DNA of 57,701 nucleotides from Gracilinanus agilis (GCF_016433145.1 NC_058130.1:5052134-5109834), one strand, 5' to 3'; positions 12,161 through 25,290 are shown, counted from the first letter of the stretch. A program made the numbers and translations. Notes: generated from the letters alone by a model not told the origin.

Positions 12161-12794
12161 CTATCAAAGCAAACACAGGAATGAGACAGCTGTGACTCCC
12201 CCACCACAACGATGACCGCCAACACTCGGAGCTGGACACAGGTGGTCATCGGCCCCAGAAGGCAAGAGGAGAAGGAAGCCTGACAGGATCCATTCAGGAA
12301 AGGGCTCAGCCCCGCTGACGCCCCCTACCCAACACCAGGAGCTTGGATGAGTCACGAGGACAAGGACCCGGAGGGGATGGGGGGAGAAGGGGTGGAGGTT
12401 GGGCAAGGAGGGGTGTGGGGGGCACCCTAGGTGGGATCCGGAGAATGAGAACACAGACCCAGCAGAGGCTACTGGCCAGAAGCGCAGGACAGGAGAGGAC
12501 TGCCCTCCTCCTCAGGCCATCTGGAGGAATCTGCTGCTGGGGCAGCCCCTCTACCCCCGCTACCTAGCTCAGAGGAGGCACAGAGAGGAGAGCTCAGAGG
12601 AATGAGGTTTCAGTGGACCCCAGGTAGCATGTCGGGAGTGTTTCCTGTTAGCCCAGGATGGCCCCTGTAGCTTTCACAGGTTAAGAAAACTGGGGCCCCA
12701 GCTCTGATGTGGGCTGTCCCTTCCCCAATAGCAGAGGGACCCTGTGAGGTGGGTGCTGTGACCATCTACATTTTACGGCTAAAGAAACTGATGC

Positions 12795-13350
12795 AAGGGT
12801 ATGCCCTTCAATTGGGGAATGGCTGAACAAATTGTGGTATATGTTGGTGATGGAATACTATTGTGCTCAAAGGAATAATAAACTGGAGGAATTCCATATG
12901 AACTGCAAAGACCTCCAGGAATGGATGCAGAGTGAAAGGAGCAGAGCCAGAAGAACATTGTACACAGAGACTGATATATTATGGTAAAATTGAATGTAAT
13001 GGACATCTGTACTAGCAGCAATGTAATGACCCAAGACAATTCAGAGGGATTTATGGAAAGGAACACTATCCACATTCAGAGGAAGAACTGCAGGAGTAGA
13101 AACACAGAAGAAAAACAACTTCGTGGACACTTGAGTTGATGATTGGGGATGTAGACCTGAAAAGACCACACCCATGTAACTATCAATAATGTGTAAATAA
13201 GTCTTGACTGACCATACCAGTGGAAATTTGAATTTATTATGGTGGGGGGGGAGGGATTTGGGGGATAGGGGGGGTGAAGGGTAAAGTAAAAACATGACTT
13301 ATGTAACCAGGGAAATTTTTTCTAAAAATAAAAAATTATTTAAAAAAAAA
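12795..13350 (+). mobile_element. L1 3' end in MRPL32 intron 1 (antisense to the gene)
   Basis: GGGGAATGGCTGAACAAATTGTGGTATATG...; same family as 8120-8737; ends in an A-rich tail. Confidence 0.85.
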
Positions 13351-13499
13351 CACAGACAGGAGTTGGGCTTCTGGTCCCTCTGAACTCCTGGAGCAGGAGC
13401 TTTATGTCCTTCTTTGCATGCCAGCACAGTGCCTGGCACCCAGCAGGCCCCAAGGTGCCTGGAGGGTATTAAAGAAATAAGGTGGGTAAAGAGATATAG

Positions 13500-14119
13500 A
13501 TGTATAATGATGGTGAGGATGTATATCTGTTTATGATCTTCTCAGCTGAAGTTGGTGGGAGGAACACCTACTCCTATCACCCTGGCTGCTGCTGTAAGTT
13601 ATCCCCTTTCTCTCTAACAGGTTTGGTTGAGAACCTGTTAGGGATTCTTTAACAGCTGCCCAAGTAAAGACACTTGAGAGGTTAGATAGATGGGAAGGCC
13701 TTTTCAAGCCCAACCTGGGGTTGGATAATTGGTAATAGACTTGATCTGCCTTGGATAACGGTTCAGGATCTGACTGTGTTTGACTCCCTTCGGAAGGGCT
13801 GTGATAGAAAGACCACTCAGGAAGGTACTTCTTGTTAAACACTCTTTTAACTCTAGGTAGGGAAAGGATAACAAGGTCAAGGATTGGGGATTGGAAACCC
13901 TATTGACCTATTATCTATTAGACTAATTAACAATCAGGACTGGAGGCTACTGATCTGGTAGAGGCTTGAGATTTCACTCTCTTGCTATCTCTGGCCAGAC
14001 CTAGCCACAGCCAAGCCAGAGAGTAGGTAAGGCTATTGCTGCAGATGTATTGATGATCTTTATTCCCTCAGCCCTCTCACCAATAGTGTTGATGATTCAC
14101 TAGCTCTCACAGTCTAACA
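13500..14119 (+). mobile_element. Putative LTR-like element in MRPL32 intron 1
   Basis: TG start near 13501, CTAACA end at 14119, LTR-like internal composition; orientation and ends uncertain. Confidence 0.3.
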
Positions 14120-14734
14120 GGAAATAGATTCAGGCTTCCCTACCCTCTTCTTCTTCCACCACCCTTCCACCCTTCAGTCAGCCACCCACTGCCCATATTG
14201 AACCACAGAGGTTTGCAGAGATCTGTGATCTCCAGTTCTCGGCCTCTGAGTCCAGAGATCTCCTCCAATGTAGATGTCAGGGGGTATATAAATGGTGGGG
14301 CTGATTGATGTTTGCCCCTGGCTCACAGCACCTGGGAACATTCCAAGTCCCTCAAATGCCATCCCTGTCGGTCAAGGTGGCATCCATCTCTTCCCAGATT
14401 ATTGAATATAACAAGGGTCAGGTGAGGAATGGGCGCATTGTGTGGGGCCCTGAGGGGGGGGGGGGGGGCTGGGCTGTCCAGAGTGGGAGAAGCAACCTGG
14501 AAGCCCAGCTGGAAGATGGGGTCTGAGAGGCCACAGCCTTGGCTTTTCAATCCCTTTCACTTGTGAGGGAGGGGCTGGAGTGACTGGAAGGATGTTGGGG
14601 CTCTCCACATAGGTAGGAAGGCGAGATCTGGGGGTGGGGCTTGGGAAAAAAACCAGACTAAATAGGGGGGTGGGGCAGAGCCCCTGAGCTGGCGAGGACC
14701 CACAATTAGGGTGGAAACAGAAGGAAGCCCAGTG

Positions 14735-14940
14735 TCCACTAAGCACCCACCATGTGCCCAGCACAAGGCTGAGCTCTTCACAAACACAGTCTCATTTGAC
14801 CTCACAACAATTTGAGGAGTTCAGCGGTATAAGGATCCCCACTGTACAGCTGAGGAAACTGAGGCAAACAAAGGTGCAACGACTGGCCTAGTTTCCACCG
14901 CCAGGAAGTGTCTGAGGCTGCACTTGAACTCAGGTCTTCC
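14735..14940 (-). mobile_element. MIR CORE-SINE
   Basis: CTCATTTGACCTCACAACAA...GAGGAAACTGAGGC...GAACTCAGGTCTTCC. Confidence 0.7.
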
Positions 14941-15619
14941 GAAGGTACGGGGGCGGTGGCACTCGGGGCGGCAATGGAGAGAGCCCCCTCGGAGGCTCAG
15001 TGAGGCCAGACAAGAAGAGCCACAAAATGCGCAGTGACCCCTGTCGGACTTTCTTGGGTGCAGCCCGGGCTCCTGCAGGCAGAAGCCCGAGACTGCGCGC
15101 TGAAGGGGCGAACTGGCCCTGTCCCCCCATGCTCCCCTCAAGCCCCGGGCAGGAGTGAGTCACCAGCCCCCAAAGTTATGCTCTGGAGCTTGCCCCATCT
15201 CTGCCTAGGGCATCGCCCAAAGTGAAGGTGACCTACAGGGTGGAGGCGGCCTGGGAACTGGCCTGATTCCGCCTCACTGACTGCGTAGGATGTTTTACTC
15301 AGCAACCCCACCAGAAAGACTAGAATCGGCTCAGAGTTGTTCTCAAGGAAGATGCTCCAGGGATGTAGAAAGAAGGGAAGGGTCAAAGGGCTGGGGTCAG
15401 CAGACCACGTGGTCTCCCGCCACTGCGCCGCGGAGGAGCTTGGGAAGAAGGTCAGGCGGGCGGAAGCAGATACTGGGAATGCCCCCTGCGCGCTCCCGTG
15501 CCTCCCCGCCCCGCCTTCCTCTTAAGCGCTTCCCACACGATTCTGCGTACTACGCCCCGCCCACACTCTTCCCCGCGCGTCCCTGACCCCGCCTCCTCAG
15601 CTGCCCTACAGTAACCTAC

Positions 15620-15761
15620 CCCAGGAAGGGCCCTGGAAGCCGGCTGACAGGCCCGAGGGAAGCGTACCCTCCATGCGGTCCCAGCAGTTCCGCAGCAGGC
15701 GCGCGGCAGCCGCCGGCCAAGAGGGCAGGGTTACTCGCAGGCACGCCAAGGCGCGGGCCAT
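15620..15761 (-). CDS. MRPL32: MRPL32 coding exon 1 of 3 (mitochondrial presequence)
   Basis: GCGGCGGCCATGG Kozak context; MARALACLRVTLPSWPAAAARLLRNCWDRM...GPSW, donor G|GTAGGT; phase 1 fits exon 2. Total CDS 579 nt = 192 aa. Confidence 0.9.
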
Positions 15762-16004
15762 GGCCGCCGCAAGGAAGTGGGGGAAAAAAGCGAAAGCGGC
15801 GGAGGATCGGCTTCCTGCCCGAGGGACCACGCACAGGAACTTGGGAAGGCGAGGCCTTTTGTACTTTCTCGCGGACTACAAGTCCCGGCATGCCGTGCGA
15901 TCGCGCTTTAGGCTGCCAATGAGGAGCGGCGCACTGGCGGAAGCGGCCCCGGGCCGGGGTATTGTGCGCAAGCGCCGCTCTTCAGGCCGGCTGCAGCGGG
16001 GAAG
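15762..16004. promoter_or_regulatory. Bidirectional CpG-island promoter of MRPL32 and PSMA2
   Basis: Head-to-head ATGs with 243 nt between them; ZNF143/THAP11-type ACTACAAGTCCCGGCATGC 15875-15893, CCAAT 15916-15920, ETS CGGAAG 15938-15943, NRF1-like TGCGCAAGCGC 15965-15975, YY1 AAGATGGCGG over the PSMA2 ATG. Confidence 0.88.
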
Positions 16005-16045
16005 ATGGCGGAACGCGGCTATAGCTTTTCGCTGACCACTTTCAG
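16005..16045 (+). CDS. PSMA2: Proteasome subunit alpha type-2, coding exon 1 of 8
   Basis: MAERGYSFSLTTF(S), donor AG|GTAAGG, phase 2. Confidence 0.97.
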
Positions 16046-16939
16046 GTAAGGGCGGCCGGGCCAGCGCGTAGCAGCGGCTTAAGGCCCGATGGGGCTGGCT
16101 CTCTGGTGGCTGGAGGCGAGGGACATGGAGCTGCCTCGGAATCCAGAGCCGGGGTTGGGGCCGGTACTGGGGCGGGGGCGGCGGTGCCGAGTCACTGTGA
16201 ACCCCGCCGGCCCAGGGCCTGGGCCGGAGCTGGGGTATGGGCCGGAGCTAGGGCCGGAGTCGGGGCCTGTACTGGAGGTGAAGTCGGGGCAGGGGCCCAG
16301 AGGCGGCGACGCACCCGGCCGGGGAAGCCTGGGGTCTGCGCTTTCACTTTTCCTTCCGCGCCTAGCCGGCCTCCTCCCCGTGCATCCAGCTGGAGGCTCC
16401 TGGGCTCGTCCACTCGACCCTCTCCCTAGGTAGGAGCCCCAGCGGGCAGCCCGCGGAAGTTGGAGGGGGCAGGGAGGCCATAGGGGCTTGGACTCTGGCC
16501 TGGAAGCGTTCAAGGACTTGTCTACTGTGCCTGACACGCCAGATGGATCTAGGGATTGTCGCTATTGTACTCAGATGAGGATGTAACAGATAAGGAAACA
16601 GAGGCAGGCAGGGCTGAAGTGACACTTCCAGGAAGTGTCTGAAGCCAGATTTGAGCCCAGAACCTCCCATCTCCAGGCTTGACTCTCCACTGAGCCACTC
16701 TGAGCAAAACTAGGGTAAGTGATAAGCCGGTGGGGTTTATTAAACGAGAGGACACCTTGATTAGACTATTTTATAGAACATTTTAGTCACTAGTGGAGAC
16801 TGGATTGGGGGGGGTCGTTAGTTGTCACATGTATGTAGTATGGACTGACTTCTGTGGTTAGACTAGGTGACCTTTAAGATCTCTGCCAACTCTAACATTC
16901 CATAATTCAGGGAGAGAAACCCAGTAGAAGGCTATTGCA

Positions 16940-17135
16940 GGGGGCAGTGAGGTGGCCCAGTGCATAGAGAGAGCCAGTCTCTGAGGTGGGTAGTCCTGGG
17001 TTCAAATCTGGCTTCAGACACTTCCTAGCTGAGTGAATCTGGGTAGGTCACTTACCTCCATTGCCTCACCCTTACTGCTCCTCTGTCTTGGACCCAATTC
17101 CCAACCTCAATAAGATGGAAGGTAAAAGTTTAAAA
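16940..17135 (+). mobile_element. Marsupial tRNA-derived SINE (SINE_Mdo-like)
   Basis: GGGGCAGTGAGGTGGCCCAGTG head, TCCTGGGTTCAAATCTGGCTTCAGACACTTCC, tail GATGGAAGGTAAAAGTTTAAAA. Confidence 0.7.
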
Positions 17136-18242
17136 GAGAGTGAGGCCATTGCAGCAGTAAGAGCACCTGAAAGGGGACTTGTAGGGGTGTGTGTGTGTAG
17201 CTTAAGAGTGAGGATCACAATCGATCAGCAAACCTACTATGTGCCAGGCCCTGCTCTCAAGATGCTCCTGATGGGGTGGGGGTGGGGGGTCAGGACTGGA
17301 AGGAAGCCAGGGAGGTCAGTAGTCATCAGAGGAGGGATGGGGGACACCAGAAAGAATGCCCAGAGCAGAGAGATCTTGTTAATGGAAAACCCAGGAGGCT
17401 GGTGGCCCTGCATGGAAGAGGAATAAGGTATAAGAAGGCTGGAGAGGTATGAGGAGACTCTGGAGGCCATAGGGAGCCATGGGCGGTTTTTGAGTGGGGA
17501 GGAGGGTGACATGGGCCCATCCCTTTGGTGGCCAAATGTATAGGGTTGAGGAGAGAGCCTGGGGGCATGTTGCAGTATTCCCGGTGTTAGGTTTGGAGGG
17601 TCTGCTCCAGGGTGGGGGCAGTGTCAGAGGAGGGAAAAGTTCTGAGAATTCAGGAGGCACTGCAGAGGGTGACTGAGGCCACAAGCCTGATGAGGGCAGC
17701 CTGGGCCGGTGGTGTTGCTCTCTGGAAATAGGGTAACGAGGTCTGTGCTGGACATGGTTAGTTCAAGGTGTCTAAAAGGAGGAGGAGGAGGGATGGGAGA
17801 GGCCCGTTTGAGAAGCATCTGCCCAGAGACAACCAAAGGGACAGTGGAGGAGTGGAGAAGCCACTCTCTGGGGCAGCCGGAGCTGGCTCTGGGCCAGTCT
17901 GGTGAAGGAGCTGGGCCATGTGTATTGGGCTGCTGAAGAAGAGTGTGGAGGGAAAGGAATGGGGGGCCAGACACAGGGAAAGCTGGAGGGGAGGGTTCAA
18001 GGACGAGGAGCCAGCAAGGAACAGCTGGACAGCAGAGAACTCACTCCTTGGGACAGGTGAAAACCATATTGCAAGAGAGGCGGCTAGTGTGGACGGTTTT
18101 TTAGGAGTTTGAGAAAGGGAAGGTCTGCTGAGGGGTTTGGGGGGGGGGTAAGTGGACGCCTCTGGGAGAGAGGAGAGGTTGGAGGGAGATGAGTGATGGG
18201 GCCTCCTGGGATCCTCCTAGCCCGTAGCTACTGGTGTTACAG

Positions 18243-18382
18243 NNNNNNNNNNNNNNNNNNNNNNNNNNNNNNNNNNNNNNNNNNNNNNNNNNNNNNNNNN
18301 NNNNNNNNNNNNNNNNNNNNNNNNNNNNNNNNNNNNNNNNNNNNNNNNNNNNNNNNNNNNNNNNNNNNNNNNNNNNNNNNNN
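18243..18382. other. Assembly gap (140 N) in PSMA2 intron 1
   Basis: Run of n characters. Confidence 0.99.
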
Positions 18383-19166
18383 TCTCCAAGAACTGGCTCA
18401 GTGATTGTACAGATAACTTTGGGGGCTGAGCGTGAGAGACTCAAGCTCTCCCCGCCACCTCTAGGAAGGTAGCCCCAGCTGTGCAGTTTGGCAGACAGTT
18501 TGGCAGACGGGTATTAGACAGGGACTGAGTGCAAGGCCCAGAGAGCCTTGCAGAATGCACACAGAGTCATTTCCCTCCCCCCCTCCCCCCCAAAGAGAGA
18601 TCCAGGAAGGCCTCCTGGAGGAAGTGCCCGAGCCTCGCCTACATTTACCTTGAGGGTCTGGTCTCTGAAAAGCATGGGGAGGTTGGCAGCCTTCAAAGGG
18701 CCCCCCATCTCTGGCCACTGACTTTGGCGCCTGTGGGGAGTTCTGGCCTCTGGCATGAGCTCCTAAGGCAGGGGGAGGGGCCCCATCTGACAGGAGAAGG
18801 GAAGACCATGGGAGCCTCCCATTGGCCCCGCCTGCCAGGTGAAGTTGTTACAATGTAGCTCTAGCTGTGGGCAGCTACAGATACATTGTTGCCCCTCAGC
18901 CTTGCCTTTGCAAGTGATCTCTGCTGGAGCAGCAGCTGCCGGGTTGGGGCTCTGCCCCAGACAGCCAAGAGGTTTGCGGTTGGTCCGTGTGCCCAGGCCT
19001 GTGCTGGGCTGTGTTGACCGAAGGGAGAGGAGAGGAGGGGGCTCGAGGCCTGCCTGCAACGCTTACAAACATTCTGCAGATTGGCTTCTTGAATGACGTC
19101 ATCCTAGGGATGAGCCGGGCAGACCCTCCGAGGTCCCCTCCTAACCTCGAGTCTTTCTGCCTCTAG

Positions 19167-19243
19167 TCCTTCTGGGAAGCTTGTTCAGATCGAGTATGCC
19201 CTGGCGGCCGTAGCTGGAGGAGCCCCTTCTGTTGGAATTAAAG
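19167..19243 (+). CDS. PSMA2: PSMA2 coding exon 2 of 8
   Basis: Acceptor CTGCCTCTAG, donor G|GTAAAG; (S)[25 protein letters not shown]; 77 nt. Confidence 0.97.
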
Positions 19244-19521
19244 GTAAAGGGGGGGTGGGGGCCCTCCGGGTACTGGGGGGCTTTTCGTTTCCTCTCTGAG
19301 GCCCCCACGTGATTCTTCCTGCGGTCCATCGGATTCTGTTCTCTCGGCTGGCCGTTTCCTTGTACTTGGATGCTGCCTCGTGCGGGGACGCCCGGGGGAC
19401 ACCCCAGGCCTGCCCAGGCCCTCATTCCTCGGCCAAGGGGGGAGCCGCCAGGCAGGGGAGAGAGTCCGGCCGGGGTTCATTTGGGACAGACGGGGTGGAG
19501 TCGAAGCCTGTGTCCTTTCAG

Positions 19522-19654
19522 CGGCCAACGGCGTGGTGCTGGCCACGGAGAAGAAGCAGAAGTCCATCCTGTACGACGAAAGGAGCGTCCACAAGGTGGA
19601 GCCCATCACCAAGCACATCGGCCTGGTCTACAGCGGCATGGGCCCCGACTACAG
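19522..19654 (+). CDS. PSMA2: PSMA2 coding exon 3 of 8
   Basis: Acceptor GTCCTTTCAG, donor AG|GTCTGC; [44 protein letters not shown]; 133 nt. Confidence 0.97.
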
Positions 19655-19711
19655 GTCTGCCCCCGGGCACGGAGGGGGGCTTTGGGGTCCCCGGCGGTGA
19701 GGCCGCTCTGA

Positions 19712-20405
<694 letters not shown>

Positions 20406-21325
20406 TAGCCTCAGCCAGTGATTGCCCAGCTGGAGAGGTCCATGCCCTTAGCCACACCTGCCAAGGAGTCTGGGGGGGAGGGGCTCGTCTGCTGTTCCAG
20501 CGCCCAGCACGCCGTTTGATGCTCTTCAGGGCCTTGAAATCCCATAGAATCAGGCCGAGTCTGAGTGACTCCAGGAAAAGCTTCCGGGGCGCTCGTACTG
20601 GACACCCAGCTCTTAAGCTCAGTCGGGAGCTCCCGAAGCCCTTGTCTAAGCGCAGCTGTCTGTACGGCGCCCCCCCTCCGAGCATCTCCTCTGGAGCCAG
20701 AATGAAACGGCTGCTCTGGGACCAGCAGGCGGCGGCGGGGAGAGAGGGGGGAGGGAGGTTACTTTCCTCGCAGCTCCATTTAGCTCACTATTCTGTGGCC
20801 ACCACTGGAGCCCCCTCACCCCGCTCACAGGGAAGTCCAGCACAAACATGAAGAGAAGAGAGCAAAATCCCTTCTTGCCTCAGTTTATCCAACTTCTCTG
20901 CCCACTCACTCTGGCGTGGCGTAGCTCAGGGGCCAGCTGTGGCTCTCTCTTGCCCTGCCTCCTGTCTTGGGATCTCTTGGTCTTTGGCTTCCTTTTTCGG
21001 GCTGCCACTCTGTCCTCGTGACCCGACCCACCCAGTGCTCTCCTTTGCACAGTCTCTGCTCCTGGGTCACGTTCACTCCAGCTCTCGCCAGGAGCCGCCC
21101 TGGGAAGTGGGGGGCTGGTCAGTTTCCTTCTCCCAGCCTGTTCCCCCCCCCAAATCCTTCCCTGAGAAGATGCTGAGGAGGTTCTTGGGGACTCCAGGCT
21201 AAGGGAAGCCGGGTAGTGGGGGTGGGGGTGGGGGTGGGGAGGACCTTCCGGGAGGCGTCTAGGCCACTCTTGGGGCCTGGCGGATTCCCTCTGGGTAAGG
21301 CCTGTTCCCTCCCCTTTCTGACTAG

Positions 21326-21532
<207 letters not shown>

Positions 21533-22042
21533 TGAGGCCTGGGGGTGCCAGTTCTGCTGTTCCACCTGATGATTCTCCCCCATTGGGGGGGGCTATTTTA
21601 TCTCAAACATTATTTGATCTAGAACCAATCCCAGGGCGAGGAATGCCGGCCATTCTGGACGTTTTTGTATTGAAATCTGGCCTTAAAGAAGAGCCAGCAG
21701 AGAGCGGCTTCCCTGCCGAGGGGCACCAGGCCGATTCTTGTCCAACTCGCCGTGCAGATTTTTCTCGGGGCTCACTGTGCCATCAGGATTTCTGGGGAGG
21801 AGGGGGGGATTCCTTTGAGCTACTCCGGAGGTGACACACAGACTAAGAGGCCTCCTGGCCTTGTTAAACTCTCCCTAGTGGCTCAGTGGAGAGTCCTGGG
21901 TTCAGATCTGGCTTCAGACCTCCCTAGCAGGGCCCCTGCCCCCCATTGCTAGCCCTTGTGCCTGGGAATGGGCGCCCAGGCCTGGCCCTGAGAGAAGGAA
22001 TCTCCACGGAGACTAAGGCCGCCTTCCTTTGTTCCTAACTAG

Positions 22043-22100
22043 ATACAATGAGGATCTGGAGCTGGAGGACGCCATTCATACAGCCATCTTAACACTCAAG
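22043..22100 (+). CDS. PSMA2: PSMA2 coding exon 7 of 8
   Basis: Acceptor GTTCCTAACTAG, donor AAG|GTGAGA; [20 protein letters not shown]; 58 nt. Confidence 0.97.
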
Positions 22101-22211
22101 GTGAGAGGCCAGTGGGGGCGGGGACGGGGCTTGGGGGCCTTGGGGCGGGGCGTCCTCATTAACGTCAGCGATTGCCCCGCCCTGAGCGTCCTGTGTCCGC
22201 CCATTCCCCAG

Positions 22212-22328
22212 GAGAGCTTTGAAGGGCAGATGACAGAAGACAACATAGAGGTGGGCATCTGCAACGAGGCGGGGTTCCGAAGGCTCACCCCCACCGAAGT
22301 CAAGGATTACCTGGCCGCCATCGCATGA
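22212..22328 (+). CDS. PSMA2: PSMA2 coding exon 8 of 8
   Basis: Acceptor CCATTCCCCAG; [38 protein letters not shown]. The exons sum to 705 nt = 234 aa. Confidence 0.97.
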   Translation, partial: ESFEGQMTEDNIEVGICNEAGFRRLTPTEVKDYLAAIA

Positions 22329-22460
22329 GCGTCAGCCCGAGCGGCCCCGATTTACGATTTGAAGCGTTTCCAAATGTTTGGGTTCTTCTGGTTTTTGCAT
22401 ACTTCTTTCTACCTAGTTGAGTGGACTCGAGTTTTTAAAACGACAGCTGTCGGCGATCCT

Positions 22461-22466
22461 AATAAA
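22461..22466 (+). terminator. PSMA2: PSMA2 polyadenylation signal AATAAA
   Basis: AATAAA 132 nt after the stop codon, followed by a GT-rich stretch. Confidence 0.75.
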
Positions 22467-22779
22467 AGTGCTCAATCCAGCGTTGTGGTGGTGGGCCAGA
22501 AGGAAGGATGTGGGCGGCCCGGCCAGCGGGGGGAGGGGATAGGGCTGGGGGAGAAAGTCCAGAACCCCGAGGGGAGCGGGCGAGGGAGGGCCCTCCCCGA
22601 AGTGGCTCCAGGGGCCGAAGTCCCAGAGTTGGACTTCTGGCACCCACCAAGGTCCTCTGTCTGCTGGAAGGAGCCTCCAGACCACAAGGGAAGCCGCCAG
22701 GGGCAGGCCAGTGCAGCCTCTGCGCCCGGCCAGAAGTGTCAGTACTGGCGGCCATCCCCACATGCCTAGGTTAAAGGAT

Positions 22780-23280
22780 GCGGGTGAGAGTGCGCAGGCG
22801 CCTAGGGCCCCCGGCAGGCGTCGCTGCTGAGCTTCGGTATTTGGTCTGCGCGGTGGCGGAGCGCGCCAAGCTAGGGGCCGCGGGAGCGGAGGGACGGACA
22901 AACGGAGGGAGAACCTAGAGCTGCCTGGGCGGTAGCTGGACGGAGCAAGGCCCCCGCCGCTGACCAAAGGGATCCCAGGTCTCTGGGCGCAAATAGAAGG
23001 AAAGGGCTCTAAGGCTGATGCAAGAGTCAGCGGCTGGGGGCTAGTGCGCACGCGCGCTACCCAAGGGGAGGGGAGTAGCCGGCGGCGGGTGCCCTCAGCC
23101 AAGATGGCTGCTGGGCTGGCTTCTTACGGGCGTCCGCAGGCGGCTAATGCCTGCGGCGGCGTCAGATGGCCTCGGCCATGTGACTTGCGTACCTCCCCTG
23201 CCGCGACGGTGGCCGGCTGGGAGCGGCGCGGGGAACCGGAACCGGAGCCGGCCTGAGGCGAGGGGCTGCCGGCGGGCCAG
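22780..23280 (+). promoter_or_regulatory. C7orf25: CpG-island promoter and probable non-coding first exon of the C7orf25 homolog (donor at 23280/23281)
   Basis: NRF1-like TGCGCAGGCGC near 22791 and TGCGCACGCGC 23045-23055, YY1-like CCAAGATGGC near 23099-23108, donor CAG|GTGAGG. Confidence 0.65.
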
Positions 23281-25290
23281 GTGAGGCGTCGCCCGCCAAC
23301 CCGCCTGCGCCCCGCCGAGGTAGTGCTGGGCTGTGCAGGGGAGGGGTGCGGGGCTGGGCTAAGTGGCCCACTGCAGAAGAAGAAACTGAGGCCCTGAGCG
23401 ACAGTGGGGTTGGGCCAACTAAGGGCCTCCATTTCTCCCACCCCGGGCGCCGCTGCTTTCAGCGATTAACCCTGGGCTCTGTGCAGGGGCCTGGCGCCCT
23501 GCCGGTTTGGGGTGGGAAGGCTCGAACCCAGGTCAGCTCCTCCCCTTCCTGTCCTTGCTAGGGGTCAGGGAAGGGGAATCCCACCCATTGGAGGCAGGGA
23601 GGGGTAGGGGCAGAAGGAACCCTGGAAGGCTTGGAGGAGGAGGTGCCGGCTCCCAATCCCCAAGCTGAGCCTTGAAGGCTACCACCAGAGAGGAGCCTGG
23701 AGAACTGGCAGGGCCCAGGCATGGACACTGGCGTCTGCGCTTAGGGGTAAAGACTGGGTGTGTGAGGCCCAGGCAGCAGCCCCCCTCCCGGACGTTTGCT
23801 CTTTGGAGCACACTTTCCGCCCCAAGGGGCGCCCCAGAAGTGTGCGGAGCCGGGATCTCCTCCAGGAGGGGGAGACAGTGCCCCCTCCCAGCACCCCTGG
23901 CCAGGCCAAAGGCGGGAGTAGCATCCGCACCCTGGGGCCCCAGGAGCAGAATTCCCCGTTTTTCTCCCCTTTCTGCTGCCGGGACAGGGAGCCAACTCGG
24001 ACCTGGCACAGCCTTAAGGTGCCTGGTGGGCCCCAGGGCCGGCCATGGTTCCCAGAGAGCCTCCTCAAGGCCTCCGGCTGGCCAGCGGCCAGGACTTTGG
24101 CCTTCTGGGCTCCAACTCAGCCCAGTGGAGGGGTCGTGGAGCCCCTCCCCTCTGCTTCTGCTCTGCCTTCCCCCCTTCTTTTGGTGCGTGCCCAGCCTCC
24201 TGTTGGACCATCATGGGGCGCCCCAGCCCCAGCCTCTCTGGGCTTACCTGGGGAAGGCCTGCTAGGTGCCGGGAGGCCAGAGGAGGGGGACAGGCAGCAG
24301 CTCTCATCTGGGACCTGTCAGAAACCAGAGCAGACCTGAGGTGTTCCTCCAGCCCAGGGCAGACTCCCTAACCCGGCCCCCCCCCAAAAAAAAAAATTAG
24401 GTGGAGGCGGCCAGGGGCTCCCCGGGAGCTGTCTGGGGGCCACAGAAAAGAAAAAGTCAAAAAGCCCCTTACCAGGATCTCAGGCTATCCTTCCAACAAC
24501 CCCCATCTTGTGGGTGAGGAAACTGAGGCAGGCAGGTGCAGGGACTTGCCCAGGGTCTCCCAGCTCTTGTAGGTCGGAGGGAGGTTCCCTCTGCCCTGGC
24601 TCAGGTAAAGACAAGAGTCTGTTTAAGGTCTGGGCCCCAGGACTGCAGAGTCCAGCTGCCTCCTGACCAGTCACCCCCTCCTCTGTTCAGTGCCCCAAAC
24701 GGCCTCCCCTCCTCATCTCCAGGCTCAGCCAGGCACTCCCTCTCAATGCTTCTTCCCTAGAGGACCTCCTGCTCCTCCTGAGTCTCTGTGGGTGCATGAC
24801 CTGGGCTGCTCATGCCCCTTTGGGTCCTGGCACCGAGTGGGCATTTGGGAAGTTTATGGGCCCTGCAGCCCTGCCTCCCTGTGTGGGCTCAGTCTCTGGG
24901 CGCTGTGTGTGCCCACGTCGGGGTTTGTTGGATCCTCCGTCAGGGACTACTTTGCCCAGGGTGCAGGTGTCGCTGCGCCCAGCACATGGTTGGTATGAGT
25001 GGCAGCTGATGGACCGGAGCCAAGTCTGCCCGATTGTCCGACGTTGTGGTGTCTGGTTTTGTGGGAAGTGGGCCAGGCAGAGAAGCTCAGTTTCTGGGTG
25101 TCCCCTTGAATCTCTGGCCTTGTGTGGCGTGGGCTGGGGGGGAGGCGCTGTGCCAGGCAGGTCCCCGTGCCCAGAGAAGGAGCCATGGGAGCCCCCCAGC
25201 CAGGTGCCCACAGGGCCCGGGGGCCGGCCTGGGTCTCCGGAGGCCCCCTGACGCCGCTCTCCCTCTCTCAGTAGGAAGGATGCTGCCAGC

